Shown piece by piece: positions 43,000 through 59,600 of a stretch of 64,000 bases of DNA. Position numbers and translations under genes: made by a program. Origin of the DNA: Eledone cirrhosa (taxonomy: Eukaryota). The stretch's first letter is position 1. Each line of letters opens with the position of its first letter. Below the pieces are notes generated by a model, which was not told where the DNA came from, did no database searches, and worked only from the letters and a program-made list of their open reading frames with translations. The DNA lies in NCBI GenBank assembly GCA_964016885.1, contig OZ024759.1, forward strand, positions 2,108,001-2,172,000, written 5' to 3'.

Positions 43000-45900
43000 T
43001 GACACAGTCTATATTAGTAACATGACAAAGTCTATATTAGTAACATGACACAGTCTATATTAGTAACATGACACAGTCTATATTAGTAGCATGACAAAGT
43101 CTATGTTAGTAACATGACACAGTCTATATTAGTAGCATCACACAGTCTATATTAGTAACATGACAAAGTCTATATTAGTAACATGACAAAGTCTATATTA
43201 GTAACATGACAAAGTCTATATTAGTAACATGACAAAGTCTATATTAGTAACATGACAGTCTATATTAGTAACATGACACAGTCGATATTAGTAACATGAC
43301 AATGTCTATATTAGTAACATGACAAAGTCTATATTAGTAACATGACAAAGTCTATATTAGTAGCATGACAAAGTCTATATTAGTAACATGACAAAGTCTA
43401 TATTAGTAACATGGCAAAGTCTATATTAGTAACATGACAAAGTCTATGTTAGTAACATGACACAGTCTATATTAGTAGCATGACAAAGTCTATATTAGTA
43501 ACATGACAAAGTCTATATTAGTAGCATGACACAGTCTATATTAGTAACATGACAAAGTCTATATTAGTAACATGACAGTCTATATTAGTAACATGACACA
43601 GTCTATATTAGTAACATGACACAGTCTATATTAGTAACATGAGACAGTCTATATTAGTAACATGACAAAGTCTATATTAGTAACATGACACAGTCTATAT
43701 TAGTAACATGACACAGTCTATATTAGTAACATGACAAAGTCTATATTAGTAACATGACACAGTCTATATTAGTAACATGACACAGTCTATATTAGTAGCA
43801 TGACAAAGTCTATGTTAGTAACATGACACAGTCTATATTAGTAGCATCACACAGTCTACATTAGTAACATGACAAAGTCTATATTAGTAACATGACAAAG
43901 TCTATATTAGTAACATGACAAAGTCTATATTAGTAACATGACAAAGTCTATATTAGTAACATGACAGTCTATATTAGTAACATGACACAGTCTATATTAG
44001 TAACATGACACAGTCTATATTAGTAACATGACAAAGTCTATATTAGTAACATGACAAAGTCTATATTAGTAGCATGACAAAGTCTATATTAGTAACATGA
44101 CAAAGTCTATATTAGTAACATGACAAAGTCTATATTAGTAACATGACACAGTCTATATTAGTAACATGACAAAGTCTATATTAGTAGCATGACAAAGTCT
44201 ATATTAGTAACATGACAAAGTCTATATTAGTAACATGACAGTCTATATTAGTAACATGACAGTCTACATTCGTAACATGACACAGTCTATATTAGTAACA
44301 TGAAACAGTCTATATTAGTAGCATGACAAAGTCTATATTAGTAACATGACACAGTCTATATTAGTAGCATGACACAGTCTATATTAGTAACATGACACAG
44401 TCTATATTAGTAGCATGACACAGTCTATATTAGTAACATGACAAAGTCTATATTAGTAACATGACAAAGTCTATATTAGTAACATGACAAAGTCTATATT
44501 AGTAACATGACAAAGTCTATATTAGTAGCATGACAAAGTCTATATTAGTAACATGACAAAGTCTATATTAGTAACATGACAAAGTCTATATTAGTAACAT
44601 GACAAAGTCTATATTAGTAACATGACACAGTCTATATTAGTAACATGACAGTCTATATTAGTAACATGACAGTCTACATTCGTAACATGACACAGTCTAT
44701 ATTAGTAACATGACACAGTCTATATTAGTAGCATGACAAAGTCTATATTAGTAACATGACACAGTCTATATTAGTAGCATGACACAGTCTATATTAGTAA
44801 CATGACAAAGTCTATATTATTAACATGACAAAGTCTATATTAGTAACATGACAAAGTCTATATTAGTAACATGACAAAGTCTATATTAGTAGCATGACAA
44901 AGTCTATATTAGTAACATGACAAAGTCTATATTAGTAACATGGCAAAGTCTATATTAGTAACATGACAAAGTCTATATTAGTAACATGACACAGTCTATA
45001 TTAGTAACATGACACAGTCTATATTAGTAACATGACAAAGTCTATATTAGTAACATGACACAGTCTATATTAGTAACATGACACAGTCTATATTAGTAGC
45101 ATGACAAAGTCTATGTTAGTAACATGACACAGTCCATATTAGTAGCATCACACAGTCTATATTAGTAACATGACAAAGTCTATATTAGTAACATGACAAA
45201 GTCTATATTAGTAACATGACAAAGTCTATATTAGTAACATGACAAAGTCTATATTAGTAACATGACAAAGTCTATATTAGTAACATGACAAAGTCTATAT
45301 TAGTAACATGACACAGTCTATATTAGTAACATGACAGTCTATATTAGTAACATGACAGTCTACATTAGTAACATGACACAGTCTTTATTAGTAACATGAC
45401 AAAGTCGATATTAGTAACATGACAATGTCTATATTAGTAACATGACAAAGTCTATATTAGTAACATGACAAAGTCTATATTAGTAGCATGACAAAGTCTA
45501 TATTAGTAACATGACAAAGTCTATATTAGTAACATGACAAAGTCTATATTAGTAACATGACACAGTCTATATTAGTAACATGACAAAGTCTATATTAGTA
45601 GCATGACAAAGTCTATATTAGTAACATGACAAAGTCTATATTAGTAACATGACAAAGTCTATATTAGTAACATGACAAAGTCTATATTAGTAACATGACA
45701 AAGTCTATATTAGTAACATGACACAGTCTATATTAGTAACATGACAGTCTATATTAGTAACATGACAGTCTACATTCGTAACATGACACAGTCTATATTA
45801 GTAACATGACACAGTCTATATTAGTAGCATGACAAAGTCTATATTAGTAACATGACACAGTCTATATTAGTAGCATGACACAGTCTATATTAGTAACATG

Positions 45901-48130
45901 ACAAAGTCTATATTAGTAACATGACAAAGTCTATATTAGTAACATGACAAAGTCTATATTAGTAACATGACAAAGTCTATATTAGTAGCATGACAAAGTC
46001 TATATTAGTAACATGACAAAGTCTATATTAGTAACATGGCAAAGTCTATATTAGTAACATGACAAAGTCTATATTAGTAACATGACACAGTCTATATTAG
46101 TAGCATGACAAAGTCTATATTAGTAACATGACAAAGTCTATATTAGTAGCATGACACAGTCTATATTAGTAACATGACACAGTCTATATTAGTAACATGA
46201 CAAAGTCTATATTAGTAACATGACACAGTCTATATTAGTAACATGACACAGTCTATATTAGTAGCATGACAAAGTCTATGTTAGTAACATGACACAGTCT
46301 ATATTAGTAGCATCACACAGTCTATATTAGTAACATGACAAAGTCTATATTAGTAACATGACAAAGTCTATATTAGTAACATGACAAAGTCTATATTAGT
46401 AACATGACAAAGTCTATATTAGTAACATGACAGTCTATATTAGTAACATGACACAGTCGATATTAGTAACATGACAATGTCTATATTAGTAACATGACAA
46501 AGTCTATATTAGTAACATGACAAAGTCTATATTAGTAGCATGACAAAGTCTATATTAGTAACATGACAAAGTCTATATTAGTAACATGGCAAAGTCTATA
46601 TTAGTAACATGACAAAGTCTATGTTAGTAACATGACACAGTCTATATTAGTAGCATGACAAAGTCTATATTAGTAACATGACAAAGTCTATATTAGTAGC
46701 ATGACACAGTCTATATTAGTAACATGACAAAGTCTATATTAGTAACATGACAGTCTATATTAGTAACATGACACAGTCTATATTAGTAACATGACACAGT
46801 CTATATTAGTAACATGAGACAGTCTATATTAGTAACATGACAAAGTCTATATTAGTAACATGACACAGTCTATATTAGTAACATGACACAGTCTATATTA
46901 GTAACATGACAAAGTCTATATTAGTAACATGACACAGTCTATATTAGTAACATGACACAGTCTATATTAGTAGCATGACAAAGTCTATGTTAGTAACATG
47001 ACACAGTCTATATTAGTAGCATCACACAGTCTACATTAGTAACATGACAAAGTCTATATTAGTAACATGACAAAGTCTATATTAGTAACATGACAAAGTC
47101 TATATTAGTAACATGACAAAGTCTATATTAGTAACATGACAGTCTATATTAGTAACATGACACAGTCTATATTAGTAACATGACACAGTCTATATTAGTA
47201 ACATGACAAAGTCTATATTAGTAACATGACAAAGTCTATATTAGTAGCATGACAAAGTCTATATTAGTAACATGACAAAGTCTATATTAGTAACATGACA
47301 AAGTCTATATTAGTAACATGACACAGTCTATATTAGTAACATGACAAAGTCTATATTAGTAGCATGACAAAGTCTATATTAGTAACATGACAAAGTCTAT
47401 ATTAGTAACATGACAGTCTATATTAGTAACATGACAGTCTACATTCGTAACATGACACAGTCTATATTAGTAACATGAAACAGTCTATATTAGTAGCATG
47501 ACAAAGTCTATATTAGTAACATGACACAGTCTATATTAGTAGCATGACACAGTCTATATTAGTAACATGACACAGTCTCTATTAGTAGCATGACACAGTC
47601 TATATTAGTAACATGACAAAGTCTATATTAGTAACATGACAAAGTCTATATTAGTAACATGACAAAGTCTATATTAGTAACATGACAAAGTCTATATTAG
47701 TAGCATGACAAAGTCTATATTAGTAACATGACAAAGTCTATATTAGTAACATGACAAAGTCTATATTAGTAACATGACAAAGTCTATATTAGTAACATGA
47801 CACAGTCTATATTAGTAACATGACAGTCTATATTAGTAACATGACAGTCTACATTCGTAACATGACACAGTCTATATTAGTAACATGACACAGTCTATAT
47901 TAGTAGCATGACAAAGTCTATATTAGTAACATGACACAGTCTATATTAGTAGCATGACACAGTCTATATTAGTAACATGACAAAGTCTATATTATTAACA
48001 TGACAAAGTCTATATTAGTAACATGACAAAGTCTATATTAGTAACATGACAAAGTCTATATTAGTAGCATGACAAAGTCTATATTAGTAACATGACAAAG
48101 TCTATATTAGTAACATGGCAAAGTCTATAT
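43000..48130 (+). repeat. Duplicated block, offset 3175 bp (~43000-44950 vs ~46180-48130)
   Basis: acattcg at 44272/47447 and 44682/47857. The atgaaacag and tattattaac variants are shared in the same order. Confidence 0.8.
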
Positions 48131-49099
48131 TAGTAATATGACACAGTCTATATTAGTAGCATGACAAAGTCTATATTAGTAACATGACACAGTCTATATT
48201 AGTAGCATGACACAGTCTATATTAGTAACATGACAAAGTCTATATTAGTAGCATGACACAGTCTATATTAGTAATATGACAAAGTCTATATTAGTAACAT
48301 GACAGTCTATGTTAGTAACATGACACAGTCTATATTAGTAACATGACACAGTCTATATTAGTAACATGAGACAGTCTATATTAGTAACATGACAAAGTCT
48401 ATATTAGTAACATGACACAGTCTATATTAGTAACATGACACAGTCTATATTAGTAACATGACAAAGTCTATATTAGTAACATGACACAGTCTATATTAGT
48501 AACATGACACAGTCTATATTAGTAGCATGACAAAGTCTATGTTAGTAACATGACACAGTCTATATTAGTAGCATCACACAGTCTATATTAGTAACATGAC
48601 AATGTCTATATTAGTAACATGACAATGTCTATATTAGTAACATGACAAAGTCTATATTAGTAACATGGCAAAGTCTATATTAGTAACATGACAAAGTCTA
48701 TATTAGTAACATGACACAGTCTATATTAGTAGCATGACAAAGTCTATATTAGTAACATGACAAAGTCTATATTAGTAGCATGACACAGTCTATATTAGTA
48801 ATATGACAAAGTCTATATTAGTAACATGACAGTCTATGTTAGTAACATGACACAGTCTATATTAGTAACATGACAAAGTCTATATTAGTAACATGACAAA
48901 GTCTATATTAGTAACATGACAGTCTATATTAGTAACATGACACAGTCTATATTAGTAACATGACACAGTCTATATTAGTAACATGACAAAGTCTATATTA
49001 GTAACATGACAAAGTCTATATTAGTAACATGACACAGTCTATATTAGTAGCATGACAAAGTCTATATTAGTAACATGACACAGTCTATATTAGTAGCAT

Positions 49100-52000
49100 G
49101 ACACAGTCTATATTAGTAACATGACAAAGTCGATATTAGTAACATGACAATGTCTATATTAGTAACATGACAAAGTCTATATTAGTAACATGACAAAGTC
49201 TATATTAGTAGCATGACAAAGTCTATATTAGTAACATGACAAAGTCTATATTAGTAACATGACAAAGTCTATATTAGTAACATGACACAGTCTATATTAG
49301 TAACATGACAAAGTCTATATTAGTAGCATGACAAAGTCTATATTAGTAACATGACAAAGTCTATATTAGTAACATGACAGTCTATATTAGTAACATGACA
49401 GTCTACATTCGTAACATGACACAGTCTATATTAGTAACATGAAACAGTCTATATTAGTAGCATGACAAAGTCTATATTAGGAACATGACACAGTCTATAT
49501 TAGTAGCATGACACAGTCTATATTAGTAACATGACAAAGTCTATATTAGTAACATGGCAAAGTCTATATTAGTAACATGACAAAGTCTATATTAGTAACA
49601 TGACACAGTCTATATTAGTAGCATGACAAAGTCTATATTAGTAACATGACAAAGTCTATATTAGTAGCATGACACAGTCTATATTAGTAACATGACAAAG
49701 TCTATATTAGTAACATGACAGTCTATATTAGTAACATGACACAGTCTATATTAGTAACATGACACAGTCTATATTAGTAACATGACACAGTCTATATTAG
49801 TAACATGAGACAGTCTATATTAGTAACATGACAAAGTCTATATTAGTAACATGACACAGTCTATATTAGTAACATGACACAGTCTATATTAGTAACATGA
49901 CAAAGTCTATATTAGTAACATGACACAGTCTATATTAGTAACATGACACAGTCTATATTAGTAGCATGACAAAGTCTATATTAGTAACATGACACAGTCT
50001 ATATTAGTAGCATCACACAGTCTACATTAGTAACATGACAAAGTCTATATTAGTAACATGACAAAGTCTATATTAGTAACATGACAAAGTCTATATTAGT
50101 AACATGACAAAGTCTATATTAGTAGCATGACAAAGTCTATATTAGTAACATGACAAAGTCTATATTAGTAACATGACAAAGTCTATGTTAGTAACATGAC
50201 AAAGTCTATATTAGTAACATGACAAAGTCTATATTAGTAACATGACAAAGTCTATATTAGTAACATGACACAGTCTATATTAGTAACATGACAGTCTATA
50301 TTAGTAACATGACAGTCTACATTAGTAACATGACACAGTCTATATTAGTAACATGACAAAGTCGATATTAGTAACATGACAATGTCTATATTAGTAACAT
50401 GACAAAGTCTATATTAGTGACATGACAAAGTCTATATTAGTAACATGACACAGTCTATATTAGTAGCATGACAAAGTCTATATTAGTAACATGACAAAGT
50501 CTATATTAGTAGCATGACACAGTCTATATTAGTAACATGACAAAGTCTATATTAGTAACATGACAGTCTATATTAGTAACATGACACAGTCTATATTAGT
50601 AACATGACACAGTCTATATTAGTAACATGACACAGTCTATATTAGTAACATGACAAAGTCTATATTAGTAACATGACACATTCTATATTAGTAACATGAC
50701 ACAGTCTATATTAGTAGCATGACAAAGTCTATGTTAGTAACATGACACAGTCTATATTAGTAGCATCACACAGTCTATATTAGTAACATGACAAAGTCTA
50801 TATTAGTAACATGACAAAGTCTATATTAGTAACATGACAAAGTCTATATTAGTAACATGACAAAGTCTATATTAGTAACATGACAGTCTATATTAGTAAC
50901 ATGACACAGTCTATATTAGTAACATTACACAGTCTATATTAGTAACATGACAAAGTCTATATTAGTAACATGACAAAGTCTATATTAGTAACATGACACA
51001 GTCTATATTAGTAGCATGACAAAGTCTATATTAGTAACATGACACAGTCTATATTAGTAGCATGACACAGTCTATATTAGTAACATGACAAAGTCTATAT
51101 TAGTAACATGACAAAGTCTATATTAGTAACATGACAAAGTCTATATTAGTAACATGACAATGTCTATATTAGTAGCATGACAAAGTCTATATTAGTAACA
51201 TGACAAAGTCTATATTAGTAACATGACAAAGTCTATGTTAATAACATGACAAAGTCTATATTAGTAACATGACAAAGTCTATATTAGTAACATGACAAAG
51301 TCTATATTAGTAACATGACACAGTCTATATTAGTAACATGACAGTCTATATTAGTAACATGACAGTCTACATTAGTAACATGACACAGTCTATATTAGTA
51401 ACATGACAAAGTCGATATTAGTAACATGACAATGTCTATATTAGTAACATGACAAAGTCTATATTAGTAACATGACACAGTCTATATTAGTAACATGACA
51501 AAGTCTATATTAGTAACATCGCAAAGTCTATATTATAGCATGACACAGTCTATATTAGTAACATGACAAAGTCTATATTAGTAACATGACACAGTCTATA
51601 TTAGTAACATGACAAAGTCTATATTAGTAACATGACGAAGTCTATATTAGTAACATGACAAAGTCTATATTAGTAACATGACAAAGTCTATATTAGTAAC
51701 ATGACAAAGTCTATATTAGTAGCATGACAAAGTCTATATTAGTAACATGACAAAGTCTATATTAGTAACATGACAAAGTCTATATTAGTAACATGACACA
51801 GTCTATATTAGTAACATGACAAAGTCTATATTAGTAGCATGACAAAGTCTATATTAGTAACATGACAAAGTCTATATTAGTAACATGACAAAGTCTATAT
51901 TAGTAACATGACAAAGTCTATATTAGTAACATGACAAAGTCTATATTAGTAACATGACACAGTCTATATTAGTAACATGACAGTCTATATTAGTAACATG

Positions 52001-55000
52001 ACAGTCTACATTAGTAACATGACACAGTCTATATTAGTAACATGACAAAGTCGATATTAGTAACATGACAATGTCTATATTAGTAACATGACAAAGTCTA
52101 TATTAGTAACATGGCAAAGTCTATATTATAACATGACAAAGTCTATATTAGTAACATGACAAAGTCTATATTAGTCACATGACAAAGTCTATATTAGTAA
52201 AATGACAGTCTATATTAGTAACATGACACAGTCTATATTAGTAACATGACACAGTCTATATTAGTAACATGACAAAGTCTATATTAGTAACATGACAAAG
52301 TCTATATTAGTAACATGACACAGTCTATATTAGTAGCATGACAAAGTCTATATTAGTAACATGACACAGTCTATATTAGTAGCATGACACAGTCTATATT
52401 AGTAACATGACAAAGTCTATATTAGTAACATGACAAAGTCTATATTAATAACATGACAAAGTCTATATTAGTAACATGACAAAGTCTATATTAGTAGCAT
52501 GACAAAGTCTATATTAGTAACATGACAAAGTCTATATTAGTAACATGACAAAGTCTATGTTAGTAACATGACACAGTCTATATTAGTAACATGACAAAGT
52601 CTATATTAGTAACATGACACATTCTATATTAGTAGCATGACACAGTCTATATTAGTAACATGACAAAGTCGATATTAGTAACATGACAATGTCTATATTA
52701 GTAACATGACAAAGTCTATATTAGTAACATGACAAAGTCTATATTAGTAGCATGACAAAGTCTATATTAGTAACATGACAAAGTCTATATTAGTAACATG
52801 ACAAAGTCTATATTAGTAACATGACACAGTCTATATTAGTAACATGACAAAGTCTATATTAGTAGCATGACAAAGTCTATATTAGTAACATGACAAAGTC
52901 TATATTAGTAACATGACAGTCTATATTAGTAACATGACAGTCTACATTCGTAACATGACACAGTCTATATTAGTAACATGAAACAGTCTATATTAGTAGC
53001 ATGACAAAGTCTATATTAGGAACATGACACAGTCTATATTAGTAGCATGACACAGTCTATATTAGTAACATGACAAAGTCTATATTAGTAACATGGCAAA
53101 GTCTATATTAGTAACATGACAAAGTCTATATTAGTAACATGACACAGTCTATATTAGTAGCATGACAAAGTCTATATTAGTAACATGACAAAGTCTATAT
53201 TAGTAGCATGACACAGTCTATATTAGTAACATGACAAAGTCTATATTAGTAACATGACAGTCTATATTAGTAACATGACACAGTCTATATTAGTAACATG
53301 ACACAGTCTATATTAGTAACATGACACAGTCTATATTAGTAACATGAGACAGTCTATATTAGTAACATGACAAAGTCTATATTAGTAACATGACACAGTC
53401 TATATTAGTAACATGACACAGTCTATATTAGTAACATGACAAAGTCTATATTAGTAACATGACACAGTCTATATTAGTAACATGACACAGTCTATATTAG
53501 TAGCATGACAAAGTCTATATTAGTAACATGACACAGTCTATATTAGTAGCATCACACAGTCTACATTAGTAACATGACAAAGTCTATATTAGTAACATGA
53601 CAAAGTCTATATTAGTAACATGACAAAGTCTATATTAGTAACATGACAAAGTCTATATTAGTAGCATGACAAAGTCTATATTAGTAACATGACAAAGTCT
53701 ATATTAGTAACATGACAAAGTCTATGTTAGTAACATGACAAAGTCTATATTAGTAACATGACAAAGTCTATATTAGTAACATGACAAAGTCTATATTAGT
53801 AACATGACACAGTCTATATTAGTAACATGACAGTCTATATTAGTAACATGACAGTCTACATTAGTAACATGACACAGTCTATATTAGTAACATGACAAAG
53901 TCGATATTAGTAACATGACAATGTCTATATTAGTAACATGACAAAGTCTATATTAGTAACATGACAAAGTCTATATTAGTAACATGACACAGTCTATATT
54001 AGTAGCATGACAAAGTCTATATTAGTAACATGACAAAGTCTATATTAGTAGCATGACAAAGTCTATATTAGTAACATGACACAGTCTATATTAGTAGCAT
54101 GACACAGTCTATATTAGTAACATGACAAAGTCTATATTAGTAACATGACAAAGTCTATATTAATAACATGACAAAGTCTATATTAGTAACATGACAAAGT
54201 CTATATTAGTAGCATGACAAAGTCTATATTAGTAACATGACAAAGTCTATATTAGTAACATGACAAAGTCTATGTTAGTAACATGACACAGTCTATATTA
54301 GTAACATGACAAAGTCTATATTAGTAACATGACACATTCTATATTAGTAGCATGACACAGTCTATATTAGTAACATGACAAAGTCGATATTAGTAACATG
54401 ACAATGTCTATATTAGTAACATGACAAAGTCTATATTAGTAACATGACAAAGTCTATATTAGTAGCATGACAAAGTCTATATTAGTAACATGACAAAGTC
54501 TATATTAGTAACATGACAAAGTCTATATTAGTAACATGACACAGTCTATATTAGTAACATGACAAAGTCTATATTAGTAGCATGACAAAGTCTATATTAG
54601 TAACATGACAAAGTCTATATTAGTAACATGACAGTCTATATTAGTAACATGACAGTCTACATTCGTAACATGACACAGTCTATATTAGTAACATGAAACA
54701 GTCTATATTAGTAGCATGACAAAGTCTATATTAGGAACATAACACAGTCTATATTAGTAGCATGACACAGTCTATATTAGTAACATGACAAAGTCTATAT
54801 TAGTAACATGGCAAAGTCTATATTAGTAACATGACAAAGTCTATATTAGTAACATGACACAGTCTATATTAGTAGCATGACAAAGTCTATATTAGTAACA
54901 TGACAAAGTCTATATTAGTAGCATGACACAGTCTATATTAGTAACATGACAAAGTCTATATTAGTAACATGACAGTCTATATTAGTAACATGACACAGTC

Positions 55001-56650
55001 TATATTAGTAACATGACACAGTCTATATTAGTAACATGACACAGTCTATATTAGTAACATGAGACAGTCTATATTAGTAACATGACAAAGTCTATATTAG
55101 TAACATGACACAGTCTATATTAGTAACATGACACAGTCTATATTAGTAACATGACAAAGTCTATATTAGTAACATGACACAGTCTATATTAGTAACATGA
55201 CACAGTCTATATTAGTAGCATGACAAAGTCTATATTAGTAACATGACACAGTCTATATTAGTAGCATCACACAGTCTACATTAGTAACATGACAAAGTCT
55301 ATATTAGTAACATGACAAAGTCTATATTAGTAACATGACAAAGTCTATATTAGTAACATGACAAAGTCTATATTAGTAGCATGACAAAGTCTATATTAGT
55401 AACATGACAAAGTCTATATTAGTAACATGACAAAGTCTATGTTAGTAACATGACAAAGTCTATATTAGTAACATGACAAAGTCTATATTAGTAACATGAC
55501 AAAGTCTATATTAGTAACATGACACAGTCTATATTAGTAACATGACAGTCTATATTAGTAACATGACAGTCTACATTAGTAACATGACACAGTCTATATT
55601 AGTAACATGACAAAGTCGATATTAGTAACATGACAATGTCTATATTAGTAACATGACAAAGTCTATATTAGTAACATGACAAAGTCTATATTAGTAACAT
55701 GACACAGTCTATATTAGTAGCATGACAAAGTCTATATTAGTAACATGACAAAGTCTATATTAGTAGCATGACACAGTCTATATTAGTAACATGACAAAGT
55801 CTATATTAGTAACATGACAGTCTATATTAGTAACATGACACAGTCTATATTAGTAACATGACACAGTCTATATTAGTAACATGACACAGTCTATATTAGT
55901 AACATGACAAAGTCTATATTAGTAACATGACACATTCTATATTAGTAACATGACACAGTCTATATTAGTAGCATGACAAAGTCTATGTTAGTAACATGAC
56001 ACAGTCTATATTAGTAGCATCACACAGTCTATATTAGTAACATGACAAAGTCTATATTAGTAACATGACAAAGTCTATATTAGTAACATGACAAAGTCTA
56101 TATTAGTAACATGACAAAGTCTATATTAGTAACATGACAGTCTATATTAGTAACATGACACAGTCTATATTAGTAACATTACACAGTCTATATTAGTAAC
56201 ATGACAAAGTCTATATTAGTAACATGACAAAGTCTATATTAGTAACATGACACAGTCTATATTAGTAGCATGACAAAGTCTATATTAGTAACATGACACA
56301 GTCTATATTAGTAGCATGACACAGTCTATATTAGTAACATGACAAAGTCTATATTAGTAACATGACAAAGTCTATATTAGTAACATGACAAAGTCTATAT
56401 TAGTAACATGACAATGTCTATATTAGTAGCATGACAAAGTCTATATTAGTAACATGACAAAGTCTATATTAGTAACATGACAAAGTCTATGTTAATAACA
56501 TGACAAAGTCTATATTAGTAACATGACAAAGTCTATATTAGTAACATGACAAAGTCTATATTAGTAACATGACACAGTCTATATTAGTAACATGACAGTC
56601 TATATTAGTAACATGACAGTCTACATTAGTAACATGACACAGTCTATATT
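49100..56650 (+). repeat. Three related blocks at offsets 3539 and 1715 bp
   Basis: acattcg at 49411/52950/54665 and ttaggaac at 49481/53020/54735. aacattacac at 50926/56180 has offset 5254 = 3539+1715. Confidence 0.82.
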
Positions 56651-59600
56651 AGTAACATGACAAAGTCTATATTAGTAACATGGCAAAGTCTATATTATAG
56701 CATGACACAGTCTATATTAGTAACATGACAAAGTCTATATTAGTAACATGACACAGTCTATATTAGTAACATGACAAAGTCTATATTAGTAACATGACGA
56801 AGTCTATATTAGTAACATGACAAAGTCTATATTAGTAACATGACAAAGTCTATATTAGTAACATGACAAAGTCTATATTAGTAGCATGACAAAGTCTATA
56901 TTAGTAACATGACAAAGTCTATATTAGTAACATGACAAAGTCTATATTAGTAACATGACACAGTCTATATTAGTAACATGACAAAGTCTATATTAGTAGC
57001 ATGACAAAGTCTATATTAGTAACATGACAAAGTCTATATTAGTAACATGACAAAGTCTATATTAGTAACATGACAAAGTCTATATTAGTAACATGACAAA
57101 GTCTATATTAGTAACATGACACAGTCTATATTAGTAACATGACAGTCTATATTAGTAACATGACAGTCTACATTAGTAACATGACACAGTCTATATTAGT
57201 AACATGACAAAGTCGATATTAGTAACATGACAATGTCTATATTAGTAACATGACAAAGTCTATATTAGTAACATGACAAAGTCTATATTAGTAACATGAC
57301 AAAGTCTATATTAGTAACATGACACAGTCTATATTAGTAACATGACAAAGTCTATATTAGTAGCATGACAAAGTCTATATTAGTAACATGACAAAGTCTA
57401 TATTAGTAACATGACAAAGTCTATATTAGTAACATGACAAAGTCTATATTAGTAACATGACAAAGTCTATATTAGTAACATGACACAGTCTATATTAGTA
57501 ACATGACAGTCTATATTAGTAACATGACAGTCTACATTAGTAACATGACACAGTCTATATTAGTAACATGACAAAGTCGATATTAGTAACATGACAATGT
57601 CTATATTAGTAACATGACAAAGTCTATATTAGTAACATGACACAGTCTATATTAGTAACATGACAAAGTCTATATTAGTAACATGGCAAAGTCTATATTA
57701 TAACATGACAAAGTCTATATTAGTAACATGACAAAGTCTATATTAGTAACATGACAAAGTCTATATTAGTAACATGACAGTCTATATTAGTAACATGACA
57801 CAGTCTATATTAGTAACATGACACAGTCTATATTAGTAACATGACAAAGTCTATATTAGTAACATGACAAAGTCTATATTAGTAACATGACACAGTCTAT
57901 ATTAGTAGCATGACAAAGTCTATATTAGTAACATGACACAGTCTATATTAGTAGCATGACACAGTCTATATTAGTAACATGACAAAGTCTATATTAGTAA
58001 CATGACAAAGTCTATATTAATAACATGACAAAGTCTATATTAGTAACATGACAAAGTCTATATTAGTAGCATGACAAAGTCTATATTAGTAACATGACAA
58101 AGTCTATATTAGTAACATGACAAAGTCTATGTTAGTAACATGACAAAGTCTATATTAGTAACATGACAAAGTCTATATTAGTAACATGACAAAGTCTATA
58201 TTAGTAACATGACACAGTCTATATTAGTAACATGACAGTCTATATTAGTAACATGACAGTCTACATTAGTAACATGACACAGTCTATATTAGTAACATGA
58301 CAAAGTCGATATTAGTAACATGACAATGTCTATATTAGTAACATGACAAAGTCTATATTAGTAACATGACAAAGTCTATATTAGTAACATGACACAGTCT
58401 ATATTAGTAGCATGACAAAGTCTATATTAGTAACATGACAAAGTCTATATTAGTAGCATGACACAGTCTATATTAGTAACATGACAAAGTCTATATTAGT
58501 AACATGACAGTCTATATTAGTAACATGACACAGTCTATATTAGTAACATGACACAGTCTATATTAGTAACATGACACAGTCTATATTAGTAACATGACAA
58601 AGTCTATATTAGTAACATGACACATTCTATATTAGTAACATGACACAGTCTATATTAGTAGCATGACAAAGTCTATGTTAGTAACATGACACAGTCTATA
58701 TTAGTAGCATCACACAGTCTATATTAGTAACATGACAAAGTCTATATTAGTAACATGACAAAGTCTATATTAGTAACATGACAAAGTCTATATTAGTAAC
58801 ATGACAAAGTCTATATTAGTAACATGACAGTCTATATTAGTAACATGACACAGTCTATATTAGTAACATGACACAGTCTATATTAGTAACATGACAAAGT
58901 CTATATTAGTAACATGACAAAGTCTATATTAGTAACATGACACAGTCTATATTAGTAGCATGACAAAGTCTATATTAGTAACATGACACAGTCTATATTA
59001 GTAGCATGACACAGTCTATATTAGTAACATGACAAAGTCTATATTAGTAACATGACAAAGTCTATATTAGTAACATGACAAAGTCTATATTAGTAACATG
59101 ACAAAGTCTATATTAGTAGCATGACAAAGTCTATATTAGTAACATGACAAAGTCTATATTAGTAACATGACAAAGTCTATGTTAATAACATGACAAAGTC
59201 TATATTAGTAACATGACAAAGTCTATATTAGTAACATGACAAAGTCTATATTAGTAACATGACACAGTCTATATTAGTAACATGACAGTCTATATTAGTA
59301 ACATGACAGTCTACATTAGTAACATGACACAGTCTATATTAGTAACATGACAAAGTCGATATTAGTAACATGACAATGTCTATATTAGTAACATGACAAA
59401 GTCTATATTAGTAACATGACACAGTCTATATTAGTAACATGACAAAGTCTATATTAGTAACATGGCAAAGTCTATATTATAACATGACAAAGTCTATATT
59501 AGTAACATGACAAAGTCTATATTAGTAACATGACACAGCCTATATTAGTAACATGACAAAGTCTATATTAGTAACATGACAAACTCTATATTAGTAACAT

